From positions 15,838 to 79,837 of IMG/VR virus record IMGVR_UViG_3300042474_001185: a stretch of 64,000 bases of DNA. The stretch is one strand, 5' to 3'. Source of the stretch: a virus. Numbering within the stretch: the first letter of the stretch is position 1; each line of letters opens with the position of its first letter. The notes below the pieces were generated by a model that searched no databases, was not told where the DNA came from, and saw only the letters and a program-made list of their open reading frames with translations. A program made the position numbers and the translations under genes. Positions 58,011 through 64,000 of this stretch are shown one piece after another.

Positions 58011-58583
58011 ATGTTACCATTAAAAGAAGCCATAGCTGAGAAGCACTCTTTGGCAGAGAAGATGACATTCAATCAAAGAATGTTCAACGGAGAATTATCT
58101 AAAGAAGAATACATTTTGTATCTATGTCAGCAATTGGCAATATTCCAAGCTATTGAAAGACTTCCATTACCACATACTGCATTAGATAGATGCCCAAAAG
58201 TATTTGAAGATATAAAAGAATTAATGGAATTGGAAGATGGGAAAGGTTTGCAAATAAAACCATTGGTATCAACAAATGAATACCAAAAGTATTTACACAC
58301 ACTTACTCAAGAAGAATTACTTCCGCACGTATATTTGAACTACTTAGCTATTATGTTTGGTGGACAAATGATGAAAGCTAAAACACCTGGTAGTGGTAGA
58401 ATGTATGAATTTGATGGTGATATGAGAGAGATAGCTGGAAGTATTAGAGCTATCCAAAAAGATGAGTGGGCGGATGAAGCAAACAAAGCATTAGATTATA
58501 ACATAAACGTATTAGATGAATTACAAAGAGTATCTGAATCAGCTAGCAACGAAGTTGAAGTTGATGGTGGAGAAGGCGCCTAA
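58011..58583 (+). CDS. heme oxygenase-like protein
   Basis: LKE....H..AE proximal helix; HVYLNYLAIMFGGQ distal helix; YEF; EANKA. Confidence 0.82.
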   Translation: MLPLKEAIAEKHSLAEKMTFNQRMFNGELSKEEYILYLCQQLAIFQAIERLPLPHTALDRCPKVFEDIKELMELEDGKGLQIKPLVSTNEYQKYLHTLTQEELLPHVYLNYLAIMFGGQMMKAKTPGSGRMYEFDGDMREIAGSIRAIQKDEWADEANKALDYNINVLDELQRVSESASNEVEVDGGEGA

Positions 58584-59154
58584 TTGCCAACCACTACATA
58601 CTGACGATTACGGATGGGTGAATCACCGATACGAATCTAAACATTTCCGTTTAGCACACGTTGAAAGATATGCAGATGGTAAGATTGAGGTATTACACTT
58701 CACTACGTTTCCGCATAAGTGGTCTCCCGAACCGATATTTGGGTTTGATGTAATATGTACTGGTAAGATTGTTACCGGCGCCTATATGGATTTAAGCCCC
58801 ATTATGGACACCTATCCTTTTGATGAGGGAATGGATATTGGAGGGAGAAAACCGATTCCTGAGTGGGCTACTGTGTTCTCTGACCGATTCATAATGATTA
58901 AACCCGAATCTGATGAGGAATTTATCCGATTTTGTGACTGGGTGGTTGACAAATACGATTGGTATCTTAATTCACTACTTTGTAGAGAAACAAAATCGGA
59001 GAATATTGAAGGTGTAATAGAAAAACAAAATACTTATTGTCAGGTACAAGCATCCAACCCAAGAACCTATTCAGCACTAAAAGCTTTGATAGGTGAAAAA
59101 GAAGCTAAGTACTTTATGGAAAACATTTTATTCCCAAAGATAGATGAAGCCTAG
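58516..59154 (+). CDS. ferredoxin-dependent bilin reductase (PcyA/PcyX-like)
   Basis: FRLAHVE, VLH...FP, PIFGFD, DLSP, PEWA.VFS, QNTYCQVQASNPRT. Confidence 0.88.
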   Translation: MNYKEYLNQLATKLKLMVEKAPNCQPLHTDDYGWVNHRYESKHFRLAHVERYADGKIEVLHFTTFPHKWSPEPIFGFDVICTGKIVTGAYMDLSPIMDTYPFDEGMDIGGRKPIPEWATVFSDRFIMIKPESDEEFIRFCDWVVDKYDWYLNSLLCRETKSENIEGVIEKQNTYCQVQASNPRTYSALKALIGEKEAKYFMENILFPKIDEA

Positions 59155-59512
59155 AGAAATACATATGGAAACCAGAGTACCCATACATGAATGGGCTGAA
59201 GAAAATAAGAATACTATAATGGATGCAATCTATGAGAATGTATCCGAATTTATGGCATCTAAAGAAGAAGATAGAATTGTACTCCGAATCATAGCAGGAC
59301 CTAAGAGGATAAAAAGACCTCAAAGTATTAATGATATTCCGGTAAATGTTGATTTTATAATATCAAAGCAAGACATTTATGAAACTTTGGAAAAATTATT
59401 AGAACATTGTATTGAGGTTGAAGAATACGAAAAATGTGCAGAAATTGTAAAGTTACAAAACACACCACCAAAGAAAAAAAGAGGTAGACCGAAGAAAACT
59501 ATCACAAAGTAA
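59144..59512 (+). CDS. hypothetical protein with UVR-like helix and AT-hook tail
   Basis: EEYEKCAEI; KKRGRPKK. Confidence 0.65.
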   Translation: MKPREIHMETRVPIHEWAEENKNTIMDAIYENVSEFMASKEEDRIVLRIIAGPKRIKRPQSINDIPVNVDFIISKQDIYETLEKLLEHCIEVEEYEKCAEIVKLQNTPPKKKRGRPKKTITK

Positions 59513-59525
59513 TACTTATATATGT

Positions 59526-60170
59526 ATGAATTTAGATGATATCAAATATGGTAACCCTGCCAAAGAGCACAAAGATTCGGTAGAAGCTGATACGGCTGGT
59601 ATCTTAAAGGCTTGTATGGATAACGGCATCATAAAAGATATTGTAGAAAATCATCCATTCCCAGCCAATTCATCCGATGAAACCCGAAACGAATTAGATT
59701 ACTTAGTAGAATTAACAAGTGATATAGATGATGAAGATTTTAAGTTTTGTTATCTATTAGAAATGTATCACTATGATTTTTTGGCAGTAGTTGGTAGGAA
59801 GTTAGGATTGGATGTGGATGGTAAAATGGTTAAGGAATTATGTAATAAAACCAATCCTGTTTTATTTTATTTAAAGGATGTATTTGATAGACCAAGGCCA
59901 TATCAATTGGCAAGGGAATTAAACCTACCAATATTCCCAATAATTAGAACCGATGCAAATTCAGCAGCATATCCATCGGGACATTCTTTGGATTTTTTAG
60001 TTACATTATACCACTTTGGAAAAATGAAGCCGGAAGCAGCAGAAGAAATAGATGAATTTTATCACGAAATAAAGAGAGTAAGAGAATTAAGTGGTGTTCA
60101 CTATCCATCGGATAGAAAGGTATCTGAATACTTATTTAAGCAATTGGTTAAACATAACCTAATAAAATAG
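59526..60170 (+). CDS. PAP2/haloperoxidase-superfamily phosphatase
   Basis: KxxxxRPRP, YPSGH, RxxxGVHYPSD. Confidence 0.88.
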   Translation: MNLDDIKYGNPAKEHKDSVEADTAGILKACMDNGIIKDIVENHPFPANSSDETRNELDYLVELTSDIDDEDFKFCYLLEMYHYDFLAVVGRKLGLDVDGKMVKELCNKTNPVLFYLKDVFDRPRPYQLARELNLPIFPIIRTDANSAAYPSGHSLDFLVTLYHFGKMKPEAAEEIDEFYHEIKRVRELSGVHYPSDRKVSEYLFKQLVKHNLIK

Positions 60171-60207
60171 TTACAACTTTCACTAAATAAATCATAGATG
60201 GACGACG

Positions 60208-60453
60208 GTGATAGTAAAAACAATCAACAAGCTGAAAAGCAAGGAAAACAGAATAATGCTATACAAAGATATGGCATTGATGCTGGCACTATTCTTCAAT
60301 CCATTTGGGTTCGATGCCGTACAATATTCCCTAATATTACTGACAGGAAGTTTATGGAAGGCGAACTTCGTTTTGTATTGTATAGCGGGGTTATTTTTTG
60401 GGGTTTATATGTGGTTTACGAAATCGTTAAATAAATTTGGTAAAACGGAATAA
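60208..60453 (+). CDS. small membrane protein
   Basis: LALFFNPFGFDA and a second hydrophobic helix; start uncertain. Confidence 0.6.
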   Translation: MIVKTINKLKSKENRIMLYKDMALMLALFFNPFGFDAVQYSLILLTGSLWKANFVLYCIAGLFFGVYMWFTKSLNKFGKTE

Positions 60454-60467
60454 TTTTCGTATCTTTG
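60436..60467 (+). promoter_or_regulatory. Bacteroidota-type promoter
   Basis: TTTG-N20-TATCTTTG. Confidence 0.82.
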
Positions 60468-60486
60468 TATAACAAAAGGAGGTCAT

Positions 60487-60729
60487 ATGGAAGTAAATGA
60501 GAAAGTATTAAAATTAAAGGTTAGGGAACAAAAGCTAAAAGAAGAATTAGCTTATTGGGAAAGTGAGTTTCAACCATCCGGAAATATGGGTAAATGGGGT
60601 AGACAAGTTAAGGTAGATAAGATAAAAAAGGAATTGGACGAAATTCAAAGTGATATTGGATTCCACGATTCTTTATATTTATCTAATGAAATATATAAAC
60701 AATGGAAAGACGAAAATCTTACAAATTAG
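60487..60729 (+). CDS. small coiled-coil protein with a strong SD-like leader
   Basis: 80 aa; AAAGGAGGT at 60475-60483. Confidence 0.7.
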   Translation: MEVNEKVLKLKVREQKLKEELAYWESEFQPSGNMGKWGRQVKVDKIKKELDEIQSDIGFHDSLYLSNEIYKQWKDENLTN

Positions 60730-61394
60730 ATGAAGCCTCTTTAGGTAGAGTGTATCAGCATGTAAATTCCGATAAGAATGTTAAGTCTTGGGGTATGGTT
60801 ACTGCGTTTAGAAGTTTGAATACGCCTAAAAAAAATAGACAACTTAATAAAGAATTAGAAGCTCAAATTAGAGGTAAGAAATTGGGATTCTTTAAAGTTG
60901 AAGGATATTGGAGAGAATGTCAAGATTCTGATTTAGCTTACGCAGATTGTCCAAAGGATAAATTAAAGGATAGTATTGAAACTACATTTTTCATTCCTAA
61001 TATTTCAATGAAAGATATTCACAAATTTGGAAAACAATATAATCAAGACTCTGTATTGTATGGTGGTCCTGAAACTAAAGGTAACGCTCATTTGATATGG
61101 AGAGATGGTTCGCAAGATAATGTTGGTAAGTTTCATCCAAATATTATTCAACAAGCTTATTCTAAAATGAAAGGTGGTAAAACTTTTGGATTTAATGATA
61201 CTCCTACAAAAAAGGCAGAACCATCAACTACTAAATTAACAGGAAACTTACCAAAAGATATTGCTGATAAGACTGTTAAGAATCCACAAACTGGTAGAGA
61301 TATCAAAGTAACATCAGCATTGAAATATGATGATAAAAGTCCTGTGTATAAGGCGGCTACATCTTTGGTAGCAATGATGACGAAAAATAAATAA
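60702..61394 (+). CDS. large-phage-type hypothetical protein
   Basis: EASLGRVYQH...TAFR...YNQDSVL; C-terminal KNPQTGRDIKV motif. Confidence 0.7.
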   Translation: MERRKSYKLDEASLGRVYQHVNSDKNVKSWGMVTAFRSLNTPKKNRQLNKELEAQIRGKKLGFFKVEGYWRECQDSDLAYADCPKDKLKDSIETTFFIPNISMKDIHKFGKQYNQDSVLYGGPETKGNAHLIWRDGSQDNVGKFHPNIIQQAYSKMKGGKTFGFNDTPTKKAEPSTTKLTGNLPKDIADKTVKNPQTGRDIKVTSALKYDDKSPVYKAATSLVAMMTKNK

Positions 61395-61403
61395 GTTTTT
61401 AAT

Positions 61404-61991
61404 ATGTCAGTTCAGTTTGGAAGTGGTGGTTCGGTTGATTGGAATACCATTAGATATGCTATGGGTCGTGTAGATAACTATACCTATGGCCCTAATAGAT
61501 ACGAAGATGCTAATATGGGTAGATTTCGTGATTTGACTGGAGTAGGAACTGCGGCAAGTAATTGGTGGAATGTGAACTTCTACGCATTTATGATAATGTA
61601 TCAGGGAGAAGGTTATGTCTACGATGGTTGTCAAGGCAGAGACCATTGGTGTTATTATCAGGGAACTACCGAAGATGGTGGATATGTAGGCCCATTTGGA
61701 GGACCTTCTACATACAACACCGAAAGAGGATATAATAATGGTACATTCTTAACATTCGGATATGGATATTCTTGGACATATTTTAGACCATTTTCATATA
61801 AGAACGTTGACTCTATTTCAAGTAATGATTACAATTGTAGAGCATTTTATGTAGATATACTTAGAAATGGGGGAGTTGTTGCTGGTAATTATTTTGCATA
61901 TGCGGGTGGTTACCAAGCAACTTCATACTTCTTTGAGCAGGGATGGCAAGCATCCGAATCTGTTACATGTCGTTTGATACTTTGGTATTAA
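61404..61991 (+). CDS. Tyr/Gly-rich hypothetical protein, possibly structural
   Basis: 195 aa aromatic-rich ORF. Confidence 0.6.
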   Translation: MSVQFGSGGSVDWNTIRYAMGRVDNYTYGPNRYEDANMGRFRDLTGVGTAASNWWNVNFYAFMIMYQGEGYVYDGCQGRDHWCYYQGTTEDGGYVGPFGGPSTYNTERGYNNGTFLTFGYGYSWTYFRPFSYKNVDSISSNDYNCRAFYVDILRNGGVVAGNYFAYAGGYQATSYFFEQGWQASESVTCRLILWY

Positions 61992-62000
61992 TAAAATAAA

Positions 62001-62032
62001 TTTGGTAGATTAAAAAATTATTCGTATATTTA
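62001..62032 (+). promoter_or_regulatory. Bacteroidota-type promoter
   Basis: TTTG-N20-TATATTTA. Confidence 0.8.
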
Positions 62033-62061
62033 CATTAATAAAATAATTAAAAACAAAAACT

Positions 62062-62382
62062 ATGGCAAAAGAATATTATAAAGTATCCAATCAATGTATC
62101 GAATTTGATACGGAAGCATTTACTATGACTGTAACAATGCATGATGATAAATTTACAGTTGTGTCTGTTCAAAAAATGGATGAACATATGTTCAATGGAC
62201 AATATCTTACTTTTAAAGGTAGTATGTACAAATCAATGGCTAACGCAGCTAACCCAGCGGTAGTTGCAGCTATGCCTGAAAATGAAAGAAGACAATTGGA
62301 CCACATCCCATCTATAACAGATGTAGAAACTTTCAATGAACTTAAGCAATCTGCTTTAGATTATCTTCAAACTATTGCGTAA
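62062..62382 (+). CDS. hypothetical protein
   Basis: 106 aa ORF downstream of a promoter. Confidence 0.7.
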   Translation: MAKEYYKVSNQCIEFDTEAFTMTVTMHDDKFTVVSVQKMDEHMFNGQYLTFKGSMYKSMANAANPAVVAAMPENERRQLDHIPSITDVETFNELKQSALDYLQTIA

Positions 62383-62404
62383 CTCATTGATTATCAATGA
62401 CTTA
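62380..62404. promoter_or_regulatory. 25-bp palindromic operator-like element
   Basis: TAACTCATTGATTATCAATGACTTA. Confidence 0.7.
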
Positions 62405-62412
62405 TAAAAAGA

Positions 62413-62444
62413 TTTGGTAGATTAGAATATTTTTCGTATCTTTG
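62413..62444 (+). promoter_or_regulatory. Bacteroidota-type promoter for the tRNA
   Basis: TTTG-N20-TATCTTTG. Confidence 0.82.
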
Positions 62445-62479
62445 ATATAATCAAAAAGAAATAAAAGTTTTTTATATAT

Positions 62480-62551
62480 CGTGGTGTAGAGCAGTGGTAG
62501 CTCGCTAGGCTCATAACCTAGAGGTCAGTGGTTCGAATCCGCTCACCGCAA
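62480..62551 (+). tRNA. tRNA-Met(CAT), initiator type; CCA not encoded
   Basis: cloverleaf: acceptor CGTGGTG/CACCGCA with C1xA72, D-arm GAGC/GCTC, anticodon arm CTAGG-CTCATAA-CCTAG, T-arm AGTGG-TTCGAAT-CCGCT. Confidence 0.95.
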
Positions 62552-62561
62552 CAAAAAAAGA

Positions 62562-62593
62562 TTTGGTAGTTTGAAAAAATTATCGTATCTTTA
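62562..62593 (+). promoter_or_regulatory. Bacteroidota-type promoter
   Basis: TTTG-N20-TATCTTTA. Confidence 0.8.
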
Positions 62594-62598
62594 ACAAA

Positions 62599-62674
62599 GT
62601 TAAGGTTGAAGCCATCAACTAATAAAACCGATTGAGTGACCTACGCAGTAGGGAAGAAAGCCGGACACCTTAAC
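62599..62674 (+). ncRNA. candidate 76-nt structured small RNA
   Basis: begins at the expected TSS; closed by the 8-bp stem GTTAAGGT/ACCTTAAC; internal CCTAC-GCA-GTAGG hairpin; GC-richer than flanks; no ORF. Confidence 0.55.
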
Positions 62675-62698
62675 AACTTATTGATTTTCAATGAGTTA
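62674..62698. promoter_or_regulatory. 25-bp palindromic operator-like element
   Basis: CAACTTATTGATTTTCAATGAGTTA. Confidence 0.7.
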
Positions 62699-62705
62699 AA
62701 AAAGA

Positions 62706-62737
62706 TTTGGTAGTTTGAAAAAATTATCGTATCTTTG
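62706..62737 (+). promoter_or_regulatory. Bacteroidota-type promoter
   Basis: TTTG-N20-TATCTTTG. Confidence 0.82.
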
Positions 62738-62810
62738 AAAAAGAAACCAACAACCAAACGTGAGAAGCAACAACAAATTAGTATTTTTCACAATTTAAAT
62801 TTATAAAAAA

Positions 62811-62999
62811 ATGGTTAAGTTTCAAAAGGTTCTTTTAGTTATTGGGTTTTGTACAGCATTACTTAGTGTTATCATAGATTTATATGATACTAAGTTTAAT
62901 GATTGGGGAGTGATAGCAATGATAATGTTTTTCACATCCTACGTTCAGGTTGATACAATTTCTGATTTAGAAAAAAGATTAGAAGAAAAAAATAAATAA
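62811..62999 (+). CDS. small 2-TM membrane protein
   Basis: two hydrophobic helices and a charged tail. Confidence 0.65.
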   Translation: MVKFQKVLLVIGFCTALLSVIIDLYDTKFNDWGVIAMIMFFTSYVQVDTISDLEKRLEEKNK

Positions 63000-63006
63000 A
63001 AAAAGA

Positions 63007-63038
63007 TTTGGTAGTTTCAAAAAATTATCGTATCTTTA
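63007..63038 (+). promoter_or_regulatory. Bacteroidota-type promoter
   Basis: TTTG-N20-TATCTTTA. Confidence 0.8.
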
Positions 63039-63107
63039 TGAAGATTCAAAAATAAAGTAGTTGATTGGGTTGACCAGAAAACAAAATTGAGAATCTTTAA
63101 AAATAAA

Positions 63108-63139
63108 TTTGGTAGTTTAAAAAAGATTTCGTATCTTTA
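63108..63139 (+). promoter_or_regulatory. Bacteroidota-type promoter driving the large ncRNA
   Basis: TTTG-N20-TATCTTTA. Confidence 0.8.
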
Positions 63140-63223
63140 TAAAGTTAGCAAATAACAAAAAAAAAGTTCTTTACATTATTGAAATAATTTGCACATAATA
63201 ACTTCGTGTTATATAGTGTACAA

Positions 63224-64000
63224 AATGGCCGCCTATGGTCATTAAATAAACTACGAAAGTAGGATAAAGTGAAACATTTGGTTAAGTGTTTTGCGGTTTG
63301 TAACGAAAGTTATGAGCTTGAGTAGGCAAGTGAGATATCATTGGGGCTTTGTATGTGAGGGTAACACTGTAGCAGAAGAGTTTTGATGACTGAGCAATTG
63401 TAGATTGTTCAGTTGAGTTGGGAACAACGATAAGAATAACTCATAGGATTATTGTAAGATATATGAACTTAATCCCTTCATACTATTGCGTGATTCAATA
63501 TTAGAGTGGTCTTAACATCAAACTATCCGTAAGGACGTAAGATAAGACTGTGTACGCGTGGTGGCGTTACTATCCTTGTATAGAGTTTACCAAAACCTAT
63601 ACTTGAAGATGACTCAAAATATGGTGATAGGGATATCACATCTGGTAGTATAGTATTCTGTTCTTCAAAAGGGGACAGAGCTGGTGATGAACCACTACCG
63701 GAATCCATCTACGAACCAAACCCTTTATGCTAAATATACAGGATATATAAACATAAAAGCAAAAGTGTTCATCAGTTATGACTGAAAGATGTCTACACAG
63801 TATTGAGTGTTCAATGCCATTGTTACTCGCAAGGTAATGGTGATTCTTTCGAAAGGTTTCTAATTCCGCAAGAACTAATCAGGCCGATAGGTTTGAAGAA
63901 AATAAGTAAAGAGAGAGTAGGTTATGACTTTAAGATTGGTTGGCTATACTAACCGACATTGATTTGGTACTTCTCAAAAGGAAGTGGAAACGAAAGGAAC
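63224..64000 (+). ncRNA. large structured ncRNA, GOLLD-like (continues past the window end)
   Basis: about 780 nt without a credible ORF, GC-richer than flanks, many GNRA-capped hairpins (CTAC-GAAA-GTAG, TAAC-GAAA-GTTA, TCC-GTAA-GGA, C-GCAA-G twice), near a tRNA; 5' end approximate. Confidence 0.75.

Noticed and set aside
58011-59154. Cyanophage origin implied by bilin genes
   Set aside because: Promoters, bS21 type and SD-less starts point to Bacteroidota, and no psbA, hli or petF is in the window
60198-60434. 78-aa ORF overlapping 60208..60453
   Set aside because: Fully overlaps a more protein-like membrane ORF in another frame
62625-62665. Hammerhead ribozyme (TTGAGTGA-stem-GAAGAAA)
   Set aside because: The core deviates from CUGAnGA...GAAA and no stem I/III with a cleavage triplet could be built
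62401-63145. CRISPR array suggested by recurring ~37-bp repeats
   Set aside because: Spacing is irregular (about 100-300 bp), the intervening units are a tRNA, an ORF and structured RNAs, the repeat matches the promoter consensus found across the window, and there are no cas genes
63523-63708. 61-aa minus-strand ORF
   Set aside because: Antisense to the structured RNA, against the strand of all other genes, with no recognisable motif
63224-64000. Group I/II intron, rRNA fragment, RNase P or tmRNA
   Set aside because: No interrupted gene, and I could not find group I P7, group II domain V, RNase P P4, tRNA-like ends or rRNA universal motifs
1-64000. Stop-codon reassignment as seen in some large phages
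   Set aside because: Recognisable genes are full length under the standard code, and TAA, TAG and TGA all serve as stops at sensible positions

Overview
This 64 kb, very AT-rich window has essentially all genes on the + strand and looks like part of a large (jumbo) tailed-phage genome infecting Bacteroidota, probably flavobacteria. Host evidence: 15 copies of a Bacteroidota-type promoter (TTTG-N20-TAnnTTTR), A-rich translation starts without Shine-Dalgarno (SD) sequences, a flavobacterial-type bS21 and a DUF4494-like gene. Capsid, terminase and polymerase genes are not in the window, so the phage call is inferred. Layout: (1) about 1-24 kb is a glycan-biosynthesis island (more than ten glycosyltransferases, WecB, GDP-fucose synthase, NDP-sugar epimerases, an ACP/ligase/SDR/GNAT cassette, a heptose kinase) around a Gly-Thr-Ser repeat virion protein. 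(2) About 25-36 kb holds fibre-like proteins, an S8 protease and two mucin-like (AAPTTTT)n proteins, followed directly by a glycosyltransferase resembling plant peptide O-glycosyltransferases (GT95/GT96), a GT8-like enzyme, a radical SAM protein and APS kinase. (3) About 36-62 kb holds accessory genes: a degenerate HNH protein, SET domain, sulfotransferase, VWA+MoxR pair, FolE, IscU-ferredoxin-bS21-IscA, TerC, a GT31-like enzyme, and heme oxygenase plus a bilin reductase. (4) 62-64 kb is a promoter-dense RNA region with an initiator-type tRNA-Met, a small structured RNA and a GOLLD-like large ncRNA that runs off the window. The best candidate for a new system is a phage-encoded, eukaryote-like protein O-glycosylation and sulfation pathway acting on its own mucin-like virion proteins. 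All family calls come from motif recognition by eye; no searches were run.
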